Positions 55,420-64,000 of a DNA stretch of 64,000 bases are shown here, one piece after another. Both the position numbers and the translations under genes were made by a program. Origin of the DNA: Flavobacteriia bacterium (GTDB taxonomy: Bacteria; Bacteroidota; Bacteroidia; Flavobacteriales_D; Crocinitomicaceae); the NCBI GenBank assembly GCA_947463445.1, contig CANHRS010000002.1, positions 12,580-76,579 of the forward strand, given 5' to 3'. Numbering within the stretch: position 1 is the first letter of the stretch; every line of letters begins with the position of its first letter. The notes under the pieces are model-generated. The model was not told the origin of the DNA. It made no database searches and saw only the letters and a program-made list of their open reading frames with translations.

Positions 55420-58400
55420 TTAATCTGCGTAATTATTTTTCAGCAAACGTTCTTTTATTTCTTCTAAATGCTTTGCCTTTCCGTCATTACGTGTATGGAT
55501 AGCAGTTTGTGTAAAATAACGATGGTTCGTTAAGAAGGATACTTGTATTTCATCCCACTTGCGATCACTATTTATTTTTCCATTTTCACGAAGTTCTACA
55601 CGTAATTTATCGGCGATTTCATGGAAATCTTCCCGACCCAAATAATCTAAATCCGCATCACAAATAATTTCTTCTAAATGGTTTTTTGGTTTATGCGGAA
55701 TAGCCGTTACGTAAATTAATTCCTTAATAATTGCTATGTGTTCTTTGGAATATCCATAATTCGGTAAAATTTCTTCCGCTAATCGCGCCCCAATAGGTTC
55801 GTTGTTATCATACGCTTCAATAAATCCTGCATCATGATAGGTAGCAGCAGATTTCAGTAAAAATAAACCTTCATCGGTTACACCCTCTAGCAAAGCAATA
55901 CGTTCAATGGATTTAACTACATCTGCGGTATGCGAAATACTATGGTAGTGTAGCTTTGGTGAAAGTTGTTCTTCCAATACCTTCATGATATGATGCTCTG
56001 CTTTATAGTAATTGATACTACTGTATTGGTGCAAGTTCAGTATTTGATGAAAACGTTCATTTGGATACAAACCGTTCCCGTCGATGGAAAGCTCAGGTTT
56101 GATTCCCTCAACGGTATACATATCAATTAACCCCTGACTTTTTGTTTTTGCTTTACCACGGAAGGTACAAATGAAATAGGGCTCTATATATTTAAAGGTT
56201 TGTCCAGAAATATTTACTTTTCCAGGCTCTCCCAACATTTCCATACGTTGCGCTTGATTCACCGTTGATCCCCAAATATCGTAGGCTAACTTCTCCGTTC
56301 CGATGACACCAGCGGTAACCTCTCCAGTATTTATTCCTAAACGTAAGTTCCAAACTTGCCCACCTTCTGCAATTGCTTTATCGCGCATTTGTTGCATAGT
56401 CTCTTGGATTTGTAATGCTGCTAAACACGCATCCACAGGGTTAGTTTTGTTACGGACAGGTACTCCTCCAGCACACATGTACGCATCCCCAATTGTTTTG
56501 ATTTTCTCTAAGTTGTTACGTACAATGATTTCATCGAATTTACGGAAATAGATGTCTAATTCACTAACTAATTGCGAAGGAGTCATAGTTTCTGCAATTT
56601 TAGTAAATCCAACAAAGTCGGTAAATAATACGGATACACGACTATATGCACGTGCACTTGCTCTTCCTGTTGCTTTTATTTCTTCATATGTCGAAACTGG
56701 AAGAATATTTTTTAATACTTTTTCTGTTTTTTCTTTCTCAATTTCTAATAATTTCTTTTGTTCCTCGAGGTTGTTTTTCTTTTCCTCGATCATTTCTTTT
56801 TGTTTCTCGATTTTTACATTTTGTTCTCGAATTTCGCGCGTACGTTCTGCGATTTTCATTTCTAATTTCACTTGTTGTCTTCGTTCGTATTCGATTTTTT
56901 TCCGGAAATAAAAGATGGTTAATAAGGCTATTCCCACAGAAATACCAATCCAAAACCATATTGTTTTCCAATAAGGAGTTTCCACACTTATTGTTAGAGT
57001 AGCTGGTTTTTCGCTCCATGGACCATTAGCGAATTTTGCATATACTTTTAATGTGTATTCTCCAGGCTGAATGGAATTTAGGTGTAATTGATTCGTATTT
57101 CCTAAAAACACTTCTTCAGAACCTTCTTCAGAACCTTCTAAGATATATTTATATGATATTAAATTAGGATTACTTAATTCTGTTGCCATGAATTTTAACG
57201 TAACACTTCGTTTTTTGTACGTTAAATAGATATGTTTTACGTAAGGTATAGCCTTGGATAACAATCCGTTACTTTCATGTGGTTTTAACCAATTTTCTTC
57301 TAATTTGATTTTGGTAAAGAAAACATCGACCATCTTTTCTTTGGTAGATAAATTTTGTGGGTCAAAAAAGTTATATCCATAAATCCCTCCAAAGTATAGC
57401 ATCCCAGTTTTGGACTTAAAATATGCCCCTTGATTAAACTCATTAGACATTAAGCCATCTTGTTCTGTGAAGTTTAGAACAGCTTCAGTTTTTGTGTTAA
57501 ATTTAGAAATACCCTTATTCGTACTTAACCAAATGTTGTTACTATTATTTTCATTCAGAATAGCGTAGATTACATTATTTGGAAGGCCATTTTTCTTGTT
57601 GTATAATTTCCCTTTTTTTGTTTTTAAGTTCCATTTAATCATACCTCCACCCATAGTACCTAACCAAAACGTATTTTGGTCTTCTTGGTAAATAGAAGCG
57701 ATATATTCTTTAGAAAGTTTTGCTATTTGCGTATTAAATTTATATGGTTTTATAGATAATTCTCCAGCATTATTTTCATTCAGTTTAAATAAACCTCCAG
57801 TACCGGCTGTGAACCAAAATTGACCATCTTTATCTTTAAAGATTAATTTACAAACTCCTCCACCAATTGTTTTATTTGGGTTTTCTTCATCGTGTTCAAA
57901 TACTTTAAAACTTCCTGTTTTTTGATTGTATAAAAGCACACCTCCTTTTGTACCTAAAAAGTATTCGCCATCTTTATATTTTTGAATCTGATAAATGCGC
58001 TCAAAGTTTGCGGAATTTGGTACTCCACGAAATGGAATTTTGGTAAATGAATAGGATGTCTCAGAATTAATTTTTAATAAATTTAATCCATCACTTGCTG
58101 CAAGAAGTATATTGTTTGCATCAAATGCATACATACTAAGGAAGATGGAATTATTGGTTTTTTTATTGAAATTAAGTTGTCGAAAGTATTGTGTAAATTT
58201 CCCCGTACGATTATCATAACGAGATACAGAATTATCAGATCCTACATAGAAGTATCGATTGGTTGTTTCCTCTGTAAAACTCCAAACACTTGCTGATGGT
58301 ATACCACGCGTTAAATCCTGGCTTGGACCATTACCTAAAAATCCTTGATTAAGTGGATCAAAACTACAAAGTCCACGCTCTGTACCTACCCAATATGTAC

Positions 58401-59349
58401 CATTTTTATCCCGCATTAAAACATTCGTGGCATTATATAATAACGCATGTTTTTGAAAAATATCTTGGGAAGATTGGTATATATTTACTTGATTGTTGAA
58501 TTTCGCGTGTTCCAGTGTAAACAAACCTTCTGATTTTGAAGTTATTATAAATTTATGTTCGTTTAGAATTAAAATATCATGAATTTCTAACCAACCATAT
58601 GTATCATCTAATTTTCGATAACAGGGTCTAATTTTTTTACTTCGTTTATTTAAGAAATATAACCCTTGGTTAGAACAAATAATCCATTCATTTTGATCGT
58701 AGGTCTTTATCGAATATGCTTTAAATTGTTTGTCTGTTTTTGCTTTCGCATAAATTGGGTAGCTTTTTTGTTTTGGTATATGATAAATAAATATGCCTTT
58801 ATCTTCTGTACTGATTAATAATTCTTCGGTTGAAATTAACGTAATATATAGAATTTTTTCTGTGGGTAACTTAGCTTCTTTGACCTTATTTATTTTTTTG
58901 GTTTTTGCATTAAATAACAAGATCCCAGCGTTATAACTTCCAATCCAAATATTCCCTTTTTTATCCTCTACAATGGATTTTACTTGTAATACTTCTTGGT
59001 TTGGAGCTAGATAGGTTTTAAATATCTCTGAGTTTGGATCGTATTGTGTTAATCCATTCGACGTACCAAACCAAAGCAATCCATTAGCGGATTTAATAGC
59101 ACTTAAAAAATCGCCATTTTCTATACCTAAGGTGTTATCTGGAGTAAACGTTTCGAAAGTTTGTCCATCAAAGCGATTTAATCCATCTTGTGTACCAATC
59201 CATATGGATCCAATATTATCTTGTATAATGGTACTAATTGCAGATTGTGACAATCCATCACTAATAGTATAGTTTCTGAAGCGATAGGCGTTTTGAGCAA
59301 TGGTAAAATTGCTTATAAATACAACAAGAAAGACAAAAAATATACGCAT
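55420..59349 (-). CDS. periplasmic double-propeller/Y_Y_Y sensor - TM - coiled coil - class III adenylate cyclase - HD domain fusion protein
   Basis: 1309 aa from the ATG at 59349 (MRIFFVFLVVFISNFTIAQ). About 700 aa of two-component-regulator propeller-type repeats (WIGTQDGLNRFD, LWFGTSNGLTQYD, YWVGTERGLCSFD, FWLGTMGGGMIKW, IWLSTNKGISKF) are followed by a Y_Y_Y-like Ig domain (YKYILEGSEE). Next come a TM helix (IWFWIGISVGIALLTIFYF) and a K/E-rich coiled coil. The cyclase core reads VSVLFTDFVGFT...KTIGDAYMCAGG...RLGINTGEVTAGVIG...YDIWGSTVNQAQRME. The C-terminal HD domain reads HSISHTADV...ATYHDAGF...CDADLDYLG. Confidence 0.9.
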   Translation of the reverse strand: MRIFFVFLVVFISNFTIAQNAYRFRNYTISDGLSQSAISTIIQDNIGSIWIGTQDGLNRFDGQTFETFTPDNTLGIENGDFLSAIKSANGLLWFGTSNGLTQYDPNSEIFKTYLAPNQEVLQVKSIVEDKKGNIWIGSYNAGILLFNAKTKKINKVKEAKLPTEKILYITLISTEELLISTEDKGIFIYHIPKQKSYPIYAKAKTDKQFKAYSIKTYDQNEWIICSNQGLYFLNKRSKKIRPCYRKLDDTYGWLEIHDILILNEHKFIITSKSEGLFTLEHAKFNNQVNIYQSSQDIFQKHALLYNATNVLMRDKNGTYWVGTERGLCSFDPLNQGFLGNGPSQDLTRGIPSASVWSFTEETTNRYFYVGSDNSVSRYDNRTGKFTQYFRQLNFNKKTNNSIFLSMYAFDANNILLAASDGLNLLKINSETSYSFTKIPFRGVPNSANFERIYQIQKYKDGEYFLGTKGGVLLYNQKTGSFKVFEHDEENPNKTIGGGVCKLIFKDKDGQFWFTAGTGGLFKLNENNAGELSIKPYKFNTQIAKLSKEYIASIYQEDQNTFWLGTMGGGMIKWNLKTKKGKLYNKKNGLPNNVIYAILNENNSNNIWLSTNKGISKFNTKTEAVLNFTEQDGLMSNEFNQGAYFKSKTGMLYFGGIYGYNFFDPQNLSTKEKMVDVFFTKIKLEENWLKPHESNGLLSKAIPYVKHIYLTYKKRSVTLKFMATELSNPNLISYKYILEGSEEGSEEVFLGNTNQLHLNSIQPGEYTLKVYAKFANGPWSEKPATLTISVETPYWKTIWFWIGISVGIALLTIFYFRKKIEYERRQQVKLEMKIAERTREIREQNVKIEKQKEMIEEKKNNLEEQKKLLEIEKEKTEKVLKNILPVSTYEEIKATGRASARAYSRVSVLFTDFVGFTKIAETMTPSQLVSELDIYFRKFDEIIVRNNLEKIKTIGDAYMCAGGVPVRNKTNPVDACLAALQIQETMQQMRDKAIAEGGQVWNLRLGINTGEVTAGVIGTEKLAYDIWGSTVNQAQRMEMLGEPGKVNISGQTFKYIEPYFICTFRGKAKTKSQGLIDMYTVEGIKPELSIDGNGLYPNERFHQILNLHQYSSINYYKAEHHIMKVLEEQLSPKLHYHSISHTADVVKSIERIALLEGVTDEGLFLLKSAATYHDAGFIEAYDNNEPIGARLAEEILPNYGYSKEHIAIIKELIYVTAIPHKPKNHLEEIICDADLDYLGREDFHEIADKLRVELRENGKINSDRKWDEIQVSFLTNHRYFTQTAIHTRNDGKAKHLEEIKERLLKNNYAD

Positions 59350-59555
59350 AATCAAATTTTGTCCGAAAATTAAGGATTTAAAAGGCTGTAAAATAGGAAA
59401 TAGAGGGTTTGTTTTAAAGAGAGGAGAGTTGATAACGTAATATGGGATTTATAAATGATTTTTTATATAGTACCCTCTATGTAAAATAGTTCTTTCGGAA
59501 ATACGCATGAGTATTCTTTTTTCCCGCAATAAAATGCCTCTGTGTATCCTATAGG

Positions 59556-59590
59556 TAAAAAAAAGACTGATTCAATGAAGAAACAGTCTT
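59556..59590 (-). terminator. intrinsic terminator of the ferritin gene
   Basis: On the minus strand: AAGACUG-13 nt loop-CAGUCUU followed by a U-run (forward A-run 59557-59564). Confidence 0.68.
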
Positions 59591-59611
59591 TAAAAATAGT
59601 ATAAAACAAGA

Positions 59612-60133
59612 TTAATTTCCAGCTGATTCAGCTACTCCATTTGTTGCTGGAATAAATTTTTCCAAATCGCGGTCAAAAATGTAAATTCCACCTGAATCAC
59701 CACCGATTAACTTTAACTTATCTACTAATGATCTTGCCATTGCTTCTTCTTCCAATTGTTCAGAAACATACCATTGCACAAAATTGTGAGTTGTATAATC
59801 TTTTTCTTGTAAACAAACATCGACTAAATTATTGATGCTTTCTGTTACCATTAATTCGTGTTTTAATAACAATTCGAAAACATTAATGATATTTTCAAAT
59901 TCTACTGGTGGTTTTTCAACCGATGGAATAATTGCTTTTCCTCCACGTTCATTGATAAATTTAATCAATTTTAGCATATGAAAACGCTCTTCATCGGAGT
60001 GTAGATACAAAAATTTTGCAGTGCCATTCAACCCTTGGTTTTCTGCCCAAGAAGCCATTGCTAGATAAAATTGGGAGGAGAAACTCTCTTTTGTCACCTG
60101 ATCATTTAATGCTGCTTCAACACGTGTATTCAT
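59612..60133 (-). CDS. non-heme ferritin
   Basis: 173 aa. Ferroxidase-centre residues in FYLAMASWAE...HSDEERFHMLKL...HELMVTESIN, typical of bacterial Ftn. Confidence 0.92.
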   Translation of the reverse strand: MNTRVEAALNDQVTKESFSSQFYLAMASWAENQGLNGTAKFLYLHSDEERFHMLKLIKFINERGGKAIIPSVEKPPVEFENIINVFELLLKHELMVTESINNLVDVCLQEKDYTTHNFVQWYVSEQLEEEAMARSLVDKLKLIGGDSGGIYIFDRDLEKFIPATNGVAESAGN

Positions 60134-60289
60134 AGTTCGGAAATTTTTGGTTATACAAAGTTAAAATTATTACAAATCTATTCTTTGCAATTAATAAAAA
60201 ATTGTAGTCTTTGATATTTATGTGTAACTTATGGTAATTAACACTTCAAACTATTAATAAGTCTTATATTAGTACTAATTATAACAACT

Positions 60290-62425
60290 ATGTCTAGAAA
60301 ATCCAAACATAAAGACTCAAAGTCTAAAACAAAAGATAGTTTAACTTATTCCATACGCAGACTCTTTGAGAAAAATTTCGGTAAAGAATTAACGCATCAA
60401 GAAGTATGTTCTTTTTTGAGTGTTCGTGAAAATGAATTACGTAAACAAGTATATGATGCCCTTCGTTATTTATGCACCTCGAATTTTTTGAAAGAGAAGA
60501 CACATGGTGTTTTTATGTTGAATAAAGAGGTGGTTACTTTAGAAGGAGAACTTCAAATAACTGCGCGCGGTGCTGGGTTTTTATTAACTGGAAATAAGGC
60601 AACAGATGTATTTATTGCACCTCAAAATTTGGGTCAGGCAATGAATGGCGATTTGGTACGTGTTATTTTATCGAAAGACGGCGGAGGACGCAGAGAAGGA
60701 ATTGTAATCGAATTATTACAACGTGAACGTACCCAGTTTGTTGGGACAATTGTACTAAAAGAAAAGTTTGCCTATTTAATGCCAGACAACCAAAAGTCAG
60801 GAATACAAATTCAAATACCCAAAGAAAAGTTAAATGGTGCTAAGGACCAAGATAAAGTGATTGCAAAAATTACTGTTTGGCCAAAATCTGCCGAATTTCC
60901 GTTTGGAGAAGTAGTGGAAGTTCTAGGAAAAAAGAACTCCAATAACATTGAGATGATTGGAATTCTATGTGCGCAAGGAATTGATTATAAATTTCCGCAA
61001 GAAGTCATCGAAGCAGCTGAGCTAGTCACCATGGATTTAGATCCGGAAGAAGTTGCAAAACGTAGAGATTTCAGAGGAATTACAACATTTACCATTGATC
61101 CAATCGATGCAAAAGATTTTGATGATGCTATTTCAATTGAATATTTGGACAATGATAATCTGGAAGTTGGTGTGCATATTGCCGATGTTAGTTATTATGT
61201 TCGCGAAGGCTCTATATTGGATAAAGAAGCAGCAAAACGAGGTAATTCCGTATATTTAGTCGATCGTGTGGTTCCAATGTTACCAGAGCAGATTTCTAAT
61301 TTGGCTTGTTCGCTTCGTCCGAATGAAGATAAATTCACATTTTCAGCAGTATTTGAATTAACAAAAGCGGGTGAAATTGTGAAGCAATGGTTTGGGAAGA
61401 CTGTAATTCATTCTAATCGTCGTTTTACCTACGAGGAAGCACAAGAAATATTAGAAGGTGCAGAAGGCGATTATAAATCTGAGTTACATGTATTAGATAG
61501 TATTGCTAAAATTCATCGTGCTTATCGTTTAAATAATGGTGCTTTAAATATTGAATCTGAAGAAGTTCGCTTTAAATTAAACGACGAAGGTAATCCAGAA
61601 GGTGTATATTCCAAAACATCTAAGGATGCCCATAAGTTGGTAGAGGAATTCATGTTGCTGGCAAATAAACATGTGGCGTTGTATATTCATTCGAAAGAGA
61701 AAAACAAAGATGTTATCCCATTTGTATATCGTTGTCACGACAAACCGGATCCGGCGAAGATTGAAACTTTCAAAATGTTTATACAAAAATTTGGTCACGA
61801 AATAAAGATTGGAAAAATCGAAGACGTTGCGAAGTCCATCAATAATTTATTTAAAGAAATTGTAGATAGTAATGAATACTCCTTAGTGCAAACCATGGCA
61901 ATTCGTTCCATGGCAAAGGCAAGCTATGAAACAAATAATATTGGACACTTTGGATTAGCATTCGATTATTACGCCCATTTCACATCGCCAATTCGACGTT
62001 ATTCAGATTTATTGGTACATCGCATTTTATTAGAAGAATTGACCCATCAAAAACATTCCTATGGAAAAGAGTTAGGGATGGTTTGCAAGCATATTTCTAA
62101 AATGGAACGAAAAGCGGTAGAGGCAGAACGTGAGTCTACCAAGTATTTCCAAGCCTTATTTATGAAAGATCATTTAGGCGAGGTATTTGAAGGAACAGTT
62201 TCGGGAGTATCTGACTTTGGTATGTTTGTGAAATTAAATGAAACCCATTGTGAAGGAATGATTTCATTACAAGATATACCTGGAGATCGTTTTGTTTTTG
62301 ATGCAGAGCATTTTTGTATTGTTGGAACTCGCAGTAAAAAACAATATAATTTTGGAGATGCAGTAGAAGTTCAAGTAATTGCTGTTGACACGCGTAAACG
62401 TCAAATAACCCTTGAATTAATTTGA
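60290..62425 (+). CDS. rnr: ribonuclease R
   Basis: Lys-rich N-terminus, cold-shock-like domains, RNB catalytic block (TIDPIDAKDFDDAIS) and a C-terminal S1 domain (FEGTVSGVSDFGMFVKL). Confidence 0.96.
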   Translation: MSRKSKHKDSKSKTKDSLTYSIRRLFEKNFGKELTHQEVCSFLSVRENELRKQVYDALRYLCTSNFLKEKTHGVFMLNKEVVTLEGELQITARGAGFLLTGNKATDVFIAPQNLGQAMNGDLVRVILSKDGGGRREGIVIELLQRERTQFVGTIVLKEKFAYLMPDNQKSGIQIQIPKEKLNGAKDQDKVIAKITVWPKSAEFPFGEVVEVLGKKNSNNIEMIGILCAQGIDYKFPQEVIEAAELVTMDLDPEEVAKRRDFRGITTFTIDPIDAKDFDDAISIEYLDNDNLEVGVHIADVSYYVREGSILDKEAAKRGNSVYLVDRVVPMLPEQISNLACSLRPNEDKFTFSAVFELTKAGEIVKQWFGKTVIHSNRRFTYEEAQEILEGAEGDYKSELHVLDSIAKIHRAYRLNNGALNIESEEVRFKLNDEGNPEGVYSKTSKDAHKLVEEFMLLANKHVALYIHSKEKNKDVIPFVYRCHDKPDPAKIETFKMFIQKFGHEIKIGKIEDVAKSINNLFKEIVDSNEYSLVQTMAIRSMAKASYETNNIGHFGLAFDYYAHFTSPIRRYSDLLVHRILLEELTHQKHSYGKELGMVCKHISKMERKAVEAERESTKYFQALFMKDHLGEVFEGTVSGVSDFGMFVKLNETHCEGMISLQDIPGDRFVFDAEHFCIVGTRSKKQYNFGDAVEVQVIAVDTRKRQITLELI

Positions 62426-62746
62426 TTCTTTAGAAACTTTTTTAAGTAATTTCAAATGTTCTTCCATTAAAAGGAAATATTTTTCCTTCCAACTTTGTTC
62501 CTCATTGAATTTTTCACCATATGGTTCATGGAAATGATTTACATCAGAAGTTAATCCTTTGATTTCTCCGCTAAAATCATGGTAGATAATTTTACCTATT
62601 TGAATAACAACATTTAAGGAAACATTCGGATTTTGGAATAGCAAATAAACCCATTGTCTACTTTTTCCAACTTTTCGTGCAATAGATGTCAAAGGTATGC
62701 CACTATTACGTATTGCTTTCTCAATTATTTCACCTCGATGTTCCAT
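62417..62746 (-). CDS. small helix-turn-helix protein, function unknown
   Basis: 109 aa from the ATG at 62746. HTH-like LTSIARKVGKSRQWVYLLFQN. The 3' end overlaps the rnr 3' end by 9 nt (convergent). Confidence 0.55.
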   Translation of the reverse strand: MEHRGEIIEKAIRNSGIPLTSIARKVGKSRQWVYLLFQNPNVSLNVVIQIGKIIYHDFSGEIKGLTSDVNHFHEPYGEKFNEEQSWKEKYFLLMEEHLKLLKKVSKESN

Positions 62747-62881
62747 GTAGCAAGTATACAAACGAAAACGTAAATAAATGTATTACATAATTTTTACATA
62801 AAAACCATTGATTTTACGGTATGTTTACATTCAATGTACGCAAATTATTTGTGTAACAAAAAAGTAAAAAAAATAGGATGT

Positions 62882-63712
62882 TTAAAATCCTTTTTCAAGT
62901 AATATTTTTTGCATTTCTTTTTGTATTTTCTGCGCTTCTTCTTTCGCTTTTTCAGCAAAATTTTCCCCTTTAGAAGCGTATAATATTGCGCGAGATGAGT
63001 TCACTAATAATCCACAATCTTTGTTCCAACCATACTGACAAACATCTTCTAAACTTCCACCTTGCGCACCAACACCGGGTACTAAGAAGAAACTGTCTGG
63101 AACGATTGCGCGTACTTCACCAATTTGTTCAGCGCGCGTAGCTCCAACAACATACATCATATTTTCAGGAGTTCCCCAAGCACTTGTTTTACGTAGTACC
63201 GATTTATAAAACGCTTCCCCGTTTTCATCTTTAAGAGTTTGGAAATCCATGGCTCCTTTGTTCGATGTAAGTGCAAGTACGATCGCCCATTTCCCTGGGA
63301 ATTCTAGAAAAGGTGTTACACTATCTTCTCCCATGTATGGTGCAATTGTTACAGAGTCAAAGGGTAAATATTCAAAAAATGTTTTAGCGTAATAGGTGGA
63401 AGTATTTCCAATATCCCCACGTTTTGCATCCGCAATGGTGAAAATGTTTTTTGGAATATAGTTTAATGTTTTTTCTAACGAGGCCCAACCCTTTTCACCA
63501 TATTGTTCGTAAAAGGCGATATTGGGTTTGTATGCCACACAAAAATCTTTGGTTGCGTCGATAATCGCTTTATTAAACTCAAAAATGGGGTCTTCGGTAT
63601 CTAATAAATGTGCTGGAATTTTGTTTATGTCTGTGTCAAGTCCTACACATAGGAAAGATTTTTTAGTGCGTATTTGTTCAATTAATTCGTGACGTGTCAT
63701 TAGATTGGGCAT
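62882..63712 (-). CDS. pyrF: orotidine 5'-phosphate decarboxylase (type 2, long form)
   Basis: LCVGLDTD and [11 protein letters not shown] active-site blocks. 276 aa. Confidence 0.93.
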   Translation of the reverse strand: MPNLMTRHELIEQIRTKKSFLCVGLDTDINKIPAHLLDTEDPIFEFNKAIIDATKDFCVAYKPNIAFYEQYGEKGWASLEKTLNYIPKNIFTIADAKRGDIGNTSTYYAKTFFEYLPFDSVTIAPYMGEDSVTPFLEFPGKWAIVLALTSNKGAMDFQTLKDENGEAFYKSVLRKTSAWGTPENMMYVVGATRAEQIGEVRAIVPDSFFLVPGVGAQGGSLEDVCQYGWNKDCGLLVNSSRAILYASKGENFAEKAKEEAQKIQKEMQKILLEKGF

Positions 63713-63754
63713 TTATTTGTGGCAAAGATACCAAAAGAAAGAAATTCTTATGCA

Positions 63755-63781
63755 TAAAAAAAGCGAACATTTCTGCTCGCT
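63755..63781 (-). terminator. intrinsic terminator of the right-edge partial gene
   Basis: On the minus strand: AGCGAGC-AGAAAU-GUUCGCU followed by U8. Confidence 0.55.
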
Positions 63782-63802
63782 TTCTTCTCATTAAAGTTGC
63801 AA

Positions 63803-64000
63803 TTAATATAACTCTTCTTTCAAAGCCGTTCTATAATCTTTAATTTCTTCTCTGTTAATTTTATGATCTGCGTTTTTCAACAAATTCAATAAATATAAAA
63901 AGTTGTCTTTATCTTCAATTTCGATAGGATATTCACTACCATCTTCATCTTCATCGTATTGTGCTTGCACATTAAATGCTTCTTTTTCAGTTAAGAATTC
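63803..64000 (-). CDS. hypothetical protein, partial (N-terminus beyond the right edge)
   Basis: Hand translation gives an open frame from the window edge to the TAA at 63803-63805: ...EFLTEKEAFNVQAQYDEDEDGSEYPIEIEDKDNFLYLLNLLKNADHKINREEIKDYRTALKEELY. Family not recognised. Confidence 0.5.
   Translation of the reverse strand, partial: EFLTEKEAFNVQAQYDEDEDGSEYPIEIEDKDNFLYLLNLLKNADHKINREEIKDYRTALKEELY

Noticed and set aside
56552-57019. Three overlapping 93-119-aa ORFs on both strands within the cyclase gene
   Set aside because: They coincide with the K/E-rich coiled-coil segment, whose purine/pyrimidine-biased DNA is open in several frames. The sensor-cyclase frame is continuous across it.
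1-64000. Scan for tRNA, rRNA, tmRNA/RNase P-like RNAs, CRISPR arrays, transposases and integrases
   Set aside because: No spacer is long enough for these features apart from the ones described. I saw no T-loop/acceptor-like GC-rich segments, no spaced repeat arrays, and no DDE, tyrosine or serine recombinase motifs in any ORF. This was a by-eye scan, so small ncRNAs cannot be excluded.

Overview
This is a densely coding, AT-rich chromosomal segment with about 58 CDS and short spacers. Its gene content points to Bacteroidota: a cargo protein with a T9SS C-terminal sorting domain, a TPR/porin outer-membrane pair, a FeoB-associated Cys-rich peptide and a LolE/FtsX-type permease. The backbone is housekeeping: mfd, M1 aminopeptidase, 3-hydroxyanthranilate dioxygenase, uvrC, ribF, hemA-hemC-hemD, feoA-feoB, LD-carboxypeptidase, gatA, tatA (too short for the ORF track), fbp, serS, rplU-rpmA, ferritin, rnr and pyrF. 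Single accessory modules sit between these genes. They are: a RelE/ParE-type TA pair; a COG1373-type AAA ATPase/DUF4143 gene behind a 32-bp tandem palindromic repeat; a decayed YhcG/DUF1016 nuclease gene inside a ~1-kb insertion bounded by 40-bp repeats that differ only synonymously; an XRE-HTH/Fic fusion; a HEPN/MNT pair abutting an SPFH gene; an orphan MNT gene flanked by a GC-rich nested-palindrome repeat; and a 1309-aa periplasmic-propeller sensor fused to a class III adenylate cyclase and an HD domain. I recognised no rRNA, tRNA, CRISPR array, transposase or integrase. I do not see one compact multi-gene locus that is clearly a new system. The best leads are the sensor-cyclase-HD protein, the insertion scar, the ATPase-nuclease with its repeat array, and the nested-palindrome element. 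All family calls come from motif recognition by eye; no database searches were run. Several starts were moved from the ORF-track TTG/GTG starts to downstream ATGs that give proper signal peptides or N-termini.
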